Of a DNA stretch of 64,000 nucleotides, positions 55,501 to 64,000 are shown in pieces. The translations under genes and the position numbers were made by a program. The notes beneath the pieces are model-generated. The model was not told where the DNA came from, ran no database searches, and saw nothing but the letters and a program-made list of their open reading frames with translations. How positions within the stretch are numbered: position 1 is the stretch's first letter; every line of letters starts with the position of its first letter. Source of the DNA: a virus (taxonomy: Duplodnaviria > Heunggongvirae > Uroviricota > Caudoviricetes). Where the stretch lies: positions 174,446-238,445 of IMG/VR virus record IMGVR_UViG_3300028833_000055, one strand, 5' to 3'.

Positions 55501-56397
55501 CTTCACGGCTTCAAAGCCCTCTATGCATTGCAAACCAATCTTATTAGCGGACACATCTACATAAGTTACCTTGTATCTTGTGGTTACGGGTTCCGATACA
55601 ACTTCCACCACATCACCGACCGACAAAATCCTTGTGTTCATAATGTCGGCTCTGCTGTCCGTATATTTGAGGTCGAGAAGTGTGTATCTCATAGACTTTC
55701 CGACTTTGGTCGGACTGTCTTCCATCTCACCCTTGACAACGGAGAAATTACCCGTGTATCTCTTCGAGCGTGGAGGGAGTTCCTTTATCTCGTCGTCAAG
55801 AGAGTATCTGATACCGTTGTTTACGAGAGTGTATATGAAGTCTTTGTACTTGATGTCGTTTTTACCCTTGAAGTTTGTGTCGAACACCTTGATTTTCTTC
55901 AAAGTGTCACATTCAAGTATGTACCTTTGAATCATAACCTTCTCGGTTTCATTCGGAACCTGTCCGGTGAAGTCCCAAGTTACATACAACATAGGGTTGA
56001 GCATATCCTCGAAGAACCAGTTTGACTTGAATTCAAAAGTGGTTATATTATTGACCTTCTTTATAGTAGGTGCTTCACTTGGTACCTTGCTCGCTATGAT
56101 TTTACGGTATGAACCGTCGGACAAACGCAGTCTGCTTCCCGATGTACCGTCAACATTGGACATAGTGGTAAGTGTCGCTTCAAGTCTGTCTATCTCGTTT
56201 TTGAGATAACCGAATGAAGGTATCTGGTATGTTATTGAAGTGTCGGTATTGCTCGGGTCGGTTATCGTAAGGACAACGCTGTCCTCGTTTGAAACAACCG
56301 CTTCGTTTATCTTGTCGAGAACCTCCATACTGTTGTTCGTGAGAACCACAGCCTGTTCGAGGAAAGTACTAAGTGAATTTTTTATTTTTGCAGACAT
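52522..56397 (-). CDS. very large virion structural protein (baseplate or fibre candidate)
   Basis: 1291-aa ORF; Ser/Thr/Asn-rich, beta-rich composition; transcribed between phoH and the ClpP-like gene. Confidence 0.55.
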   Translation of the reverse strand: MSAKIKNSLSTFLEQAVVLTNNSMEVLDKINEAVVSNEDSVVLTITDPSNTDTSITYQIPSFGYLKNEIDRLEATLTTMSNVDGTSGSRLRLSDGSYRKIIASKVPSEAPTIKKVNNITTFEFKSNWFFEDMLNPMLYVTWDFTGQVPNETEKVMIQRYILECDTLKKIKVFDTNFKGKNDIKYKDFIYTLVNNGIRYSLDDEIKELPPRSKRYTGNFSVVKGEMEDSPTKVGKSMRYTLLDLKYTDSRADIMNTRILSVGDVVEVVSEPVTTRYKVTYVDVSANKIGLQCIEGFEAVKVGKDTLRISGTQDSTIKADIPIGYGEREVIFMKPIDPDSNMPAASWSAGVGFFTNELTYTDGSGEKKNLQTFYQKNVVDFGQILLSYNEDYYPTVREGIVPNPPKLNYSDGEGDFKIVQINSQLTEGTDTASFRELIASKSNILTAINNNYKEIERQKTLIQTTNFVDGIEKKNANDKLSSLITEQEQLNSNYTSLINTIKSKYTDTVDATPKYRVRGFWDIPEEKISPATGVQRIIKFKIRYRYLNKSGVANKEEEFTYGSNGLKVTGRFSNWNEIETKLRPRIKMGNKWTWEYIDTSNSEAVNINQLDIPIQKGEQVEIQVKSVSEAGFPSNPLQSEWSDPIVIAFSDFAELEADDITSLIKQNDADAAIQNVNSSFKAMNSHVASSFYANDTYYAHNAQVITSGFLTDEQKPITLYDKLQDLQNQITQIIEQINHTAGNLVVTLTTSDTTNTKKYVLTEKGVTYINAGNYTTEVSRMVNKKLGAAGKKNGMIVTKTFYLDITTDVQSGLYLLSKLGGNRNAMVPSSRKENITTVNEYNEFDSPMNYYEIYDNELNPSDTSSIYYKTKGRYDLVPINLTGANELIDYTKVCPNGYQSAQCKGQFVYSRFRDVSDTFDMYANTKLTDINGKEYGNFDESAPFADSEIYITSDSNGGDINLTDTAKKILYGESNASDIWKSELELYNKLSGSDLSDENVASSDILKTYPILYRLPKTWNKKPITYRTLLSEAPTSFKILKRMELNANSSNSTTPTVQNVNLSKMDNMTKKLAQRMVSTKNITGLSKSEVIIPKIQAAFGLSDWGVINQIDLDNEHSEDDGTYITTHKIGYLETDRYLNGEDTCNSYLFLSPINHEQIQVEGDTANSTAVIDSNDSIKVPIVYQYRMTDYNGNIFGKSGLKATDEKVKNTKFANIIGIDIWTDVSSDEPKQYDIVVYSTYGNSSIVDVTNSINTSTQTLVDATRNITTQLDSLVKQSTSTTIVKKNSNLKLKK

Positions 56398-56440
56398 ATT
56401 GTATTTTGTATTTTAAGTTTCTATTATTAAGTTATTTATG

Positions 56441-57157
56441 TTATTGGATTGAATTGTTTGATTCAAAATCCCTTAATTTTTCCAGAATTTTCGGTATGAT
56501 AGGATTCCTTACACAGTCCTCCGGACCAAATTCTATCACACCCACGTAATCCTCGCCCGAGAAAATCTTGGTGATATACTGCAAGGCCGACTGTTGTTTC
56601 TTCTTGTCCGTCCTGAAATCGACCTGCTCGCAGTCACCAAGGAAAATCATTTTTGAATTTTCCCCTATTCTTGTAACGACCGACTTGAATATGTTCATAG
56701 TTATGTTCTGACATTCATCGAGTATGATTACGGAGTTGTCTATCGAAAGACCACGGATATAGGCGAGAGGCAACACTTCTATGTATTTCTCCTCGAAGAG
56801 TCTTTCCGCTACACCCTCCGGTATCATCTTGTTGAGGTTTCCGACATAAGACATTATGAAGGGTTCCATCTTCTGTTCCACATTACCTTTCAAGAAACCT
56901 ATCTCCTCCTCCGGAATTGATGTGACCGACTTGCAGAGTATTATTTTTTTATATCCTTCGTTCAGAAGTCTCAAGGCGGTGTTGAGAGTTACGAAGGTTT
57001 TGCCTGTACCCGCACTACCGGAGCATATTGTAATCTCTTTTTTCCTTATGCTTTTTACGAGTTCCTTCTGTTTTTCAGTCTTGCATTTCAGTTCCTTGAT
57101 AGAAAGAATGTCTTTTATCTCATCTTTCTTTTCGGTTTTCTTAGTTCTGGAAGCCAT
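56441..57157 (-). CDS. phoH: PhoH-family ATPase
   Basis: Walker A CSGSAGTGKTFV; Walker B IILDECQN; LGDCEQVD; 238 aa. Confidence 0.8.
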   Translation of the reverse strand: MASRTKKTEKKDEIKDILSIKELKCKTEKQKELVKSIRKKEITICSGSAGTGKTFVTLNTALRLLNEGYKKIILCKSVTSIPEEEIGFLKGNVEQKMEPFIMSYVGNLNKMIPEGVAERLFEEKYIEVLPLAYIRGLSIDNSVIILDECQNITMNIFKSVVTRIGENSKMIFLGDCEQVDFRTDKKKQQSALQYITKIFSGEDYVGVIEFGPEDCVRNPIIPKILEKLRDFESNNSIQ

Positions 57158-57266
57158 AATAATTTAAGTTTTTTTGTATGGTTAAAACTTTCTTGTTTTT
57201 TTGCTCCTATGATATTTATGAAACACATATCCATAAATAAGATATAAACATTTATATTTAAAATTT

Positions 57267-59303
57267 ATGCATAATATTTTAGATTTTACCGAATACAAGA
57301 ACCAAGTTAGACTTTATGAGGAAAGACTTGTATTGGAACAAATTAAGACGAGACCCATAAACGAGGGAATGATATTATCGACAATCAGGAATAAGATAAA
57401 CGATAAGGCCACAATCTTCACACAGATGGCTCTTTCGGAAGAGATTGAAATGATGAAAAATCTTGAAAAGGAGATTAAAGCCCAGTTTGGAGAATTGGAG
57501 AAGCACTATGATGAGAAGATGAAAAGACTCAAGAACGCCCCCTATTTCGCCAAGTTCAAGAGAGAGAACCCGAAGGCAAAAGAATTTTACAACGGGTTGA
57601 AAACAAGATTCGAGAGAATCGACAAGGCCAATTTCAATTTCATAAAGATAGTTGAAACCAACCAGGTGGATTTGTCTGCGTTTTTGAAGAACGCCACTAT
57701 GGCCGTTTTCGTAAACTTCGGTGTTATGTTCATACCGACAAGAAGTATATTCTTGTTGAAAAAGGCATATAAGTATTTTATCGGAATCATCAAGCAGACC
57801 ATCCATAAGGATATGCTGTACTTTATGTTGAACTTTGATGATTTCAGAAATGCGGTTCTATTGGATTCACAAGATGAATATGTTCAAGATAGTACTCTTG
57901 AAAAAGAAAAGGAGAAAATTGACCAGGCTGAAGAGATTTTGCAAAGTATGTTAACCAATTCCAATATGTCTTCAAGTGACCGTAAAACCCTTCGAGAAAT
58001 CATAGACCAAAAAATTAAAGTTTCTGAAAGGAGAATGAAACTTAATCAAAATAGTAGGTCTTCAATAAATTTCTCGACAAGATATGACAATACATATAAA
58101 AACACCCTTGAACGTCTGAAAACTTTCTCTATAGAAGACGACCAGAAGTATCTCGAAGGAATCAAGAAAGGTATGCAAGGTCTTGCTCTCGATGAAGTTG
58201 ACACAAAATCATTTGTCGAACTCATAATATCCGCCGCCGAAGAATCTGCGTTTGAAGTTTCGAATGCAATTCATACGGAGTTTATAAAACTTGTCGGATT
58301 CTTCTCGCTTATGGAACAGAAAGAACTTATGGATATGTTGAGAAGAGAAAATAACGAATATGAAAAAATAAAGAAGGAAAATCAAGCAAAGAGAGATAAA
58401 GAACTTCAAACTGAAGCAACTGAAAAAAGAGATAAATTTCTTAATTCGGAAGGACCGAAAATATTCAAAGAAATAGTTGAAGATAATAAGGGTAATGGCA
58501 AAAAACAAAGAGATGCATATTTGAAAATAGGAAAAGAAAAAATAAACGACAAAGACACTAATAAGGATTATACTAAAAAAGAAATTTTTGACGGATGGTT
58601 ATCTCATATAGATAAAGATAGTAATACATATAAAAATTGGAACGACAATCATAAAAAAATAAAACCATTACTTAAACTGTATCTGGATAAGGTTCTTCCG
58701 AATGTTGAGGATGATATTAAGGGAGAAAGTTATCTTAAATATGCAAATTTACTTGTGGATTGTCTTCTTCCTTGTAAATTTGAAGGTAAAAAAATGCTTA
58801 TTGAGAGTGATGATAAAACTGATGATAGTGGGGTTAAAGTTAAAATTGATGATAGTAAACGAGTATGTATAACAAGTTCAGACCCAGAGGGAGTTAAAGA
58901 ATTTAAGATGAAATATATTATAGAAAATCAAAAGTGTGGTTTCACAGTTTACAATCTTGAAAACGCCGATGAAAGAAGAGAAAGATTAAAGGAAATTATA
59001 TTAAGTAAAGAACATGGTGAATTTGTATACGGTAAAGTAAGTCACTCAAAGAAAGAGTTATTAATAGAAGCCCTCGATTTAATTTCAAAAAATATTATAA
59101 AAATTGAAAAAGATATAATAAAAGAAGTTTTATGTAATTTACACATAAAATATAAAGAACATAACGTAACCCCATACTATATATTATCTGATAAAGTGTT
59201 TAATCGTGTGAAAGAAGAATTGGAAAAATTGGAAAAAATGAAAAAAGATGACTATACAGATAAACCTACAAATAACCCCGAAAATTTATTAAAATCGGAG
59301 TAA
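57267..59303 (+). CDS. Lys/Glu-rich hypothetical protein
   Basis: 678-aa ORF, predicted helical. Confidence 0.5.
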   Translation: MHNILDFTEYKNQVRLYEERLVLEQIKTRPINEGMILSTIRNKINDKATIFTQMALSEEIEMMKNLEKEIKAQFGELEKHYDEKMKRLKNAPYFAKFKRENPKAKEFYNGLKTRFERIDKANFNFIKIVETNQVDLSAFLKNATMAVFVNFGVMFIPTRSIFLLKKAYKYFIGIIKQTIHKDMLYFMLNFDDFRNAVLLDSQDEYVQDSTLEKEKEKIDQAEEILQSMLTNSNMSSSDRKTLREIIDQKIKVSERRMKLNQNSRSSINFSTRYDNTYKNTLERLKTFSIEDDQKYLEGIKKGMQGLALDEVDTKSFVELIISAAEESAFEVSNAIHTEFIKLVGFFSLMEQKELMDMLRRENNEYEKIKKENQAKRDKELQTEATEKRDKFLNSEGPKIFKEIVEDNKGNGKKQRDAYLKIGKEKINDKDTNKDYTKKEIFDGWLSHIDKDSNTYKNWNDNHKKIKPLLKLYLDKVLPNVEDDIKGESYLKYANLLVDCLLPCKFEGKKMLIESDDKTDDSGVKVKIDDSKRVCITSSDPEGVKEFKMKYIIENQKCGFTVYNLENADERRERLKEIILSKEHGEFVYGKVSHSKKELLIEALDLISKNIIKIEKDIIKEVLCNLHIKYKEHNVTPYYILSDKVFNRVKEELEKLEKMKKDDYTDKPTNNPENLLKSE

Positions 59304-59343
59304 CATTTCGTTTTGACCGAAATACCTCTTTTAATTACATTAA

Positions 59344-59380
59344 ACCCCACCCTGTTGATAGTGGTGGGGTATTTTTTAAT
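59344..59380. terminator. terminator hairpin between convergent genes
   Basis: CCCCACC-ctgttgatagt-GGTGGGG then TATTTTTTAATTT. Confidence 0.6.
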
Positions 59381-59837
59381 TTACCATATAATTTATATAC
59401 CAGTGAGGTTCGGCTTCCCCCGTAGCGAATGCATTCGACAGAAATTCATACTCTGTGTTCATTTTGTCACTGTCATAATATTCCAATGTAAGAAGACTGT
59501 TATCCGTGAACACGACATTTATTTTAAACAAACCGTCAACATCCTCCATATTATCAATACCGGAAATATTTAACAAGTTTATAATAAAACCATCATTTTC
59601 GAAACCGGTGATGGTGTTTTCAAGACAAGCAAATTTTTCCGGTTGTTCTATCATAGCATTTGAAATAAGAAGGATTGTTTCCCAATATTCGATGTCGTTG
59701 TCATATTCGAGTGTAAGGGGTTCTTCCTGTGAATGAAAACCTATTTCAACCACATACTTTCCCATAACTTTTCCAGAAGGGTTTATGTAGTTTACATCCT
59801 CCGTTCTATAATTGGTATTGTCTATCGTGAAAACCAT
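59376..59837 (-). CDS. hypothetical protein
   Basis: 153-aa ORF. Confidence 0.45.
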   Translation of the reverse strand: MVFTIDNTNYRTEDVNYINPSGKVMGKYVVEIGFHSQEEPLTLEYDNDIEYWETILLISNAMIEQPEKFACLENTITGFENDGFIINLLNISGIDNMEDVDGLFKINVVFTDNSLLTLEYYDSDKMNTEYEFLSNAFATGEAEPHWYINYMVN

Positions 59838-59839
59838 AT

Positions 59840-60565
59840 TTATATCTTGAACATTTCTCTTAACTTTGATATGAAACTTCTGTTTCTCATACTGCTGTTA
59901 TAGTATCCCACCCATCTGCAACCCTTCCAGTTGGTCTCGCCACAGGAGCAGTGGTACTCGTCGAAGTTCGGTACTCCCTTTTCACCAACGAAGTTGTAAT
60001 ACAAGTCGTATATTGTTATACCTTCCTCCCTCTGGTACGGGAACTTATGACACATCTCCATAAACTTGTGTTTGTTCATAGGACTCGGTATATGCGGGTT
60101 GAAGAACCGGCAACCCATACCCTTGTTCGGAAATCTTTCAAAACATTTCTTCAATCTTCTCCACCATACCCTTTTCTTGGCCATATTTTCGAAATACGGC
60201 TTCGTCGTCTCGTTGTATATCTTCATATATCTCGGGGTAGTGTCCGACCATTCGGTGTCCTTGGTGATAAACTGGTCGTCACTCCACATTATGAAGTCGT
60301 CCGTCAAGTCCGGAACCTTCTCTATGGCGGTTCTGACCTTGTGGATTATGTTGGCGTCCTTGTCGTGGGAGTATATGTCGTCACCACGTACCCATACTAT
60401 GTCATCACCGAGAGAACTTATTTTTGAAATCTGTGTGACAATTATAATCCTGTTGAGACACTTGAAATATTTTTTGATACTCGCCACTGCGACCTTTATC
60501 TCGAAATTGTTGTTTTCATAACTGTTGGTTCCGAGTGGTATCACAACATCGTGTTTATCTTCCAT
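59840..60565 (-). CDS. hypothetical protein, possible DxD-type glycosyltransferase-like fold
   Basis: The track start at 60613 is a TTG; the ATG at 60565 (MEDKHD) is preferred; WSDDQF is a possible DxD motif; weak. Confidence 0.3.
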   Translation of the reverse strand: MEDKHDVVIPLGTNSYENNNFEIKVAVASIKKYFKCLNRIIIVTQISKISSLGDDIVWVRGDDIYSHDKDANIIHKVRTAIEKVPDLTDDFIMWSDDQFITKDTEWSDTTPRYMKIYNETTKPYFENMAKKRVWWRRLKKCFERFPNKGMGCRFFNPHIPSPMNKHKFMEMCHKFPYQREEGITIYDLYYNFVGEKGVPNFDEYHCSCGETNWKGCRWVGYYNSSMRNRSFISKLREMFKI

Positions 60566-60612
60566 ACTGTCAGTTTTTAAGCATAAATAACTATATAAAA
60601 TATTTATGTTCA

Positions 60613-61617
60613 ATGCAATTATTATCCGGAAGTCTTTATGACTATCTTCTTTTTTATGAATGTGCCGCTAAAGACTGGGCGAGTGCAAAGGGGGTGAATG
60701 AAAAACTGAACATCGTCACCAATAATTCTGGAACTCTGATGGAACACATAAACTGGAGTGTGACGGGAACCACCGTACCGGGCGATTCCGGAGGAAATAC
60801 CAAATGTGGTGTTACTTGGAAGACTTGGGAGTCGTTTTTTAAACAAGAAAACATCAATAAATACGGTCTTTCACGTTTGACTAAAAATGTCAACAGTATG
60901 GACAAGAACGGTTGGGTTTCCTTTATAGACTGGTTCAAGATTTCCGGATGTGCCAACGATGCGTGTACCCTTATGCTTTTCCAGGCAAAATGGGGAGGAT
61001 GGGGTAGTTGCAGACCGACAAGAGACGACTGTCTCGCCTTGTTGAAACAGAAGGCCACGAAACCCGACTATAACTTCAAGACAAATGGTGGTACGCTGGA
61101 AAAGATAGCGGATGCCTCAAACGCTTTTGAAAATCCTATGGATGCATATCAGATAATAAGAAACTGCTATCAAGAGTATATGTACAATCTTTCTGCACCC
61201 GGTATGAAGAATAGAAAATTCAGGGTTGGATGGATGAGAAGGGTTGTTCCTCCATTTCAAGATGATGGATTATATATTGAAACCGGTGGAATAGCAAACT
61301 ATGGAAACGAAAACACCACATTGGATGAGTGGAGGGCTATATGTGCCCAACAAAAGGGAAAGATGAGTGGTTATGTGAAACTGTGCAGCTGGGACAATAT
61401 GCCGTCAAGTCCAGATACATTTGACAACATAGACTTGTCTACTATACCCGATAGTGGTGGAAGTTCAAGCGGAGGTTCAAACGGAAGTTCATCATCCGGT
61501 ACGGCTTCCGGTGGAAACCGTTTCTCGTCCGGAAGAACCGACCCGCATCTTTCCGCTTCAGAGAAGAAAGAGGCCAAACCAGGAACACTTCTCGGTCCAA
61601 GTTTCAATTTAAAGTAA
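60613..61617 (+). CDS. putative peptidoglycan hydrolase (GH108-like N-terminal region) with a Gly/Ser-rich tail
   Basis: VPGDSGGNTKCGVTWKTW resembles the GH108 D.GG.T..GIT core; C-terminal SSGGSNGSSSSGTASGG linker; start moved to the ATG at 60613 to avoid overlap with the divergent gene. Confidence 0.35.
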   Translation: MQLLSGSLYDYLLFYECAAKDWASAKGVNEKLNIVTNNSGTLMEHINWSVTGTTVPGDSGGNTKCGVTWKTWESFFKQENINKYGLSRLTKNVNSMDKNGWVSFIDWFKISGCANDACTLMLFQAKWGGWGSCRPTRDDCLALLKQKATKPDYNFKTNGGTLEKIADASNAFENPMDAYQIIRNCYQEYMYNLSAPGMKNRKFRVGWMRRVVPPFQDDGLYIETGGIANYGNENTTLDEWRAICAQQKGKMSGYVKLCSWDNMPSSPDTFDNIDLSTIPDSGGSSSGGSNGSSSSGTASGGNRFSSGRTDPHLSASEKKEAKPGTLLGPSFNLK

Positions 61618-61623
61618 TGATAT

Positions 61624-62640
61624 ATGGGAACAACCAATTACGATTTACCTAAATTCTATCACGCTTATGGTGGTGAACGTGGAGACAACAAATATAACCA
61701 GCAACCCGGTGACCAGCTTCAACAGCAAGGAAAAAGGGGAGAGGTCATAATAGGAAAAAGTTATATCAATAGTGACTCCCCTTGGACATACATTATGAGA
61801 TATAATGGTGGATTAGATATGTGTAAAAAAGCAGCCGAGATTGGAGGAAAACTAGCGAGTTCCCAGCTGGTCGGTTATGCTTGGGATAATAGGGATACTC
61901 TTTATAACCAGTTGAAAGCAAATAATTGGGATGTTGATAAGTTTTTAAATTCGGGTGTAATGGTCGATACCGACTGTTCTGCGTTTGCATATACGGTTTG
62001 GTGTTGTCTTATTCCGGAATTAAGAATAGGAAATAATGGTATCGGTTGGATTCCATCCTCACAAAATACAGATGATACATTTTTAAAAAGCGGAAAATTT
62101 TCCAAGATTACAAATCCGGATGCTTTGAATAATCCTAAAACATGGAGAATAGGAGATGTTCTTAGGAAAAGTGGTCATGTCGCTTCCGTATTTTGTACGG
62201 AAACAGATTATCCGGCCGGTAGTGGTTATCTTATTGAAGGTGGTAGTAGTGGTGGTAGTGATGAAGGTGGAGGAAGTCTTTCCACTACCAATACTTATAG
62301 CGGTGGTAGTTCCACTTATGACCCTCTTGAACAACACTACGGTGGTAACGGTCAACCGAACAAAGTTACAAGACTTTCCAAAGCAAGAAACAGACTATCG
62401 GGTAGCGACCCAAATGTAAACACCGCCCGTAAGGATGATTTCAGCAGACTGGCAGACACTTTGATAGACGCCACACCTTCACTCGGAAGGAATATTCACA
62501 AGTCACAGGAAATGTATGACTCTTGCATATTGAAGGGAGACCAGACTTCAAAGAAAGTCATAAGGGGGAACGGGGGAAGTCCGACAGCACCATCGGAGGA
62601 CGGTACTTCACAAGATACCAATAAACAAAATGCCGAATAA
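61624..62640 (+). CDS. NlpC/P60-family peptidoglycan endopeptidase with a Gly/Ser-rich linker
   Basis: Catalytic Cys motif VDTDCSAFAYTVW (cf. DCSG[LF]V) and downstream SGHVASVF His motif; followed by GGSSGGSDEGGGS. Confidence 0.55.
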   Translation: MGTTNYDLPKFYHAYGGERGDNKYNQQPGDQLQQQGKRGEVIIGKSYINSDSPWTYIMRYNGGLDMCKKAAEIGGKLASSQLVGYAWDNRDTLYNQLKANNWDVDKFLNSGVMVDTDCSAFAYTVWCCLIPELRIGNNGIGWIPSSQNTDDTFLKSGKFSKITNPDALNNPKTWRIGDVLRKSGHVASVFCTETDYPAGSGYLIEGGSSGGSDEGGGSLSTTNTYSGGSSTYDPLEQHYGGNGQPNKVTRLSKARNRLSGSDPNVNTARKDDFSRLADTLIDATPSLGRNIHKSQEMYDSCILKGDQTSKKVIRGNGGSPTAPSEDGTSQDTNKQNAE

Positions 62641-62672
62641 AAAGAGAGAAGGTTTCCTTCTCTCTTTTATTT
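62641..62672. terminator. bidirectional terminator
   Basis: AGAGAGAAGG-tttcc-TTCTCTCT with T-runs on both strands between convergent genes. Confidence 0.7.
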
Positions 62673-63584
62673 TGTGTTATCCATTGTATCTTTATCTGCA
62701 ATCACAGTGAGAATTTCCCTATGATAATTGGATTTATCTTTATATTCTATTTCTCCGAATATTTCCACGGCATCCGCCGGTATGGGACATTTTGTCGTTA
62801 TACCATATTCACATCTTGTGTCACCATAGAATATTGTTGATTTGGAAAGTTTTTCAACTTCAATACGAAGGAGACAATAGCGTCCGTCCGATGATGTAGT
62901 GTTTGCTTTAAATAACTGCCATCCTAAAATGGATGCTTCTATTTTAGTGATATTTTCCTTTATCAGATGAACTTTCGGTTTATATTTTAAAAATGTATTC
63001 TCACTTCTCGGTTCAATTCCCTCTTTTAAAATGGAGGAAACACGACCTATCGGTGTCCAGTGATATATGTATTTTGATGAAAAAACCGTTTTTGATATTT
63101 CTTTTGGGAACGACGGGTCGAATGTCATAACCCTACAATTGGTTTTATGAATTACAAACACATCGGATATGTCCGCATATTCCCATCCGAAGGATTCCAT
63201 TTCCTCTTTAATGATTTCGGTATTTTTTGCCATATCAACATAAAGTATGGCAATTCTGTTCCTGTTGTATAATTTTTCTGATTTGATTTGCCAAGACTTG
63301 AATCCAAGTTTTTTCAATTCAACTTTCAATTCGATGATACTCAAAGTCTTGTCAATATCTTCGGTCACCAATTCCCTCTCTTCATAATCCGAATATGAAT
63401 CATAGTGCTTTATTTGAAAAAACGCTCTCATATCGTTTGTTATCGAAACGATGTCCTTTTTGGAAATCGAATCGATATCAAAAAAATCATCAACCTTGAT
63501 TTTTTTATCGACAGAAAGAACTATATCATTTTCATCATTCTTTCGTTTGTTTTTAAATTCCTCAAATTCTTCAATATGTTTCAT
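62667..63584 (-). CDS. hypothetical protein
   Basis: 305-aa ORF. Confidence 0.45.
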   Translation of the reverse strand: MKHIEEFEEFKNKRKNDENDIVLSVDKKIKVDDFFDIDSISKKDIVSITNDMRAFFQIKHYDSYSDYEERELVTEDIDKTLSIIELKVELKKLGFKSWQIKSEKLYNRNRIAILYVDMAKNTEIIKEEMESFGWEYADISDVFVIHKTNCRVMTFDPSFPKEISKTVFSSKYIYHWTPIGRVSSILKEGIEPRSENTFLKYKPKVHLIKENITKIEASILGWQLFKANTTSSDGRYCLLRIEVEKLSKSTIFYGDTRCEYGITTKCPIPADAVEIFGEIEYKDKSNYHREILTVIADKDTMDNTK

Positions 63585-63585
63585 A

Positions 63586-63957
63586 TTACATAAGCTGTTT
63601 CGAAACTTCTATCTTATTCCTTATGGCGAAACCGAGATTGTCGAGTGTCTTTATCGACTCCTCGAAGAAACTTATCTGAAATGTGAGCATCTTGATTTGA
63701 AGTTTCAGTTCGGAACAATCCGCCTGTATGAACAACTGCTTCTCGCTTCCACTCAACTTGATATCGTAGCTCGTGGTGTATTCACGGAACCTGCTTGCAC
63801 ACTGCTTGTCGAACATCTCCTGTCTCTTTTCGAGAAGGATACGGTATTCACAGATTTTCTCGACACACATCTGCCGGTATGAAAGCTGGTAGACTTGTGC
63901 TTCGTTCAATTTGGTTGTGTCTCCGGATGACTTCACGAGTTTCTTTATATCCTCCAC
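63586..63957 (-). CDS. hypothetical coiled-coil protein
   Basis: 123-aa ORF; start/stop abuts the downstream gene. Confidence 0.4.
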   Translation of the reverse strand: MEDIKKLVKSSGDTTKLNEAQVYQLSYRQMCVEKICEYRILLEKRQEMFDKQCASRFREYTTSYDIKLSGSEKQLFIQADCSELKLQIKMLTFQISFFEESIKTLDNLGFAIRNKIEVSKQLM

Positions 63958-64000
63958 CCATTTGGTTCTTTCATCCTTGAAACGCTTTTCAAGTTCTACA

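Noticed and set aside
57158-57266. TAnnTTTG-type promoter boxes in the divergent PhoH / 57267 intergenic region
   Set aside because: Only near-matches (TATATTTA, TAAATTTT) are present. This is not enough to call promoters.
1-64000. Diversity-generating retroelement acting on the repeat-rich fibre gene
   Set aside because: No reverse transcriptase (YxDD) ORF and no template/variable repeat pair with adenine-specific mismatches were found. The repeats are in-frame tandem duplications.
1-64000. tRNA genes, CRISPR arrays, integrase or attachment sites
   Set aside because: Intergenic gaps are all under 150 nt and AT-rich with no cloverleaf-compatible GC structure. No direct-repeat/spacer arrays. 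No tyrosine or serine recombinase motifs in any ORF.

Overview
The whole 64-kb window reads as virion, replication and lysis genes of a large tailed dsDNA phage; no bacterial housekeeping context is visible. It is AT-rich (about 35-37% GC by eye) and packed with genes in alternating strand blocks, with short-loop GC hairpin terminators at convergent gene ends and ATGA-type start/stop overlaps. Five promoter-like copies of (T)ACAAAGATACTATTTT contain, on the coding strand, the Bacteroidota housekeeping-sigma -7 consensus TAnnTTTG (TATCTTTG), so the host is probably a Bacteroidota bacterium. Families recognisable directly from the translations are: a full-length Hsp70/DnaK and a GroES-like co-chaperonin; a ClpP-fold protease; an SPFH/flotillin protein; anaerobic ribonucleotide reductase NrdD with its activase NrdG; a guanylate-kinase-like P-loop kinase; a T4 gp32-like single-stranded DNA-binding protein; a DnaG-type primase; an SF2 helicase; a sigma-70 family sigma factor; PhoH; an AAA+ (MoxR/CobS-like) ATPase next to a vWA+HExxH protein; a Pol-beta-superfamily nucleotidyltransferase; two peptidoglycan hydrolases; and several very large repeat-rich structural or fibre proteins. 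The most unusual signal is a conserved ~12-residue N-terminal leader MG[VI]L[KL][NS]LT[DK]EYF on five otherwise unrelated proteins spread over 36 kb, two of which are DUF285/BspA-type leucine-rich-repeat proteins. This looks like a capsid- or virion-targeting and processing signal marking a set of packaged, probably ejected, proteins, possibly processed by the phage ClpP-like protease. No tRNA, rRNA, CRISPR array, integrase or reverse transcriptase was seen.
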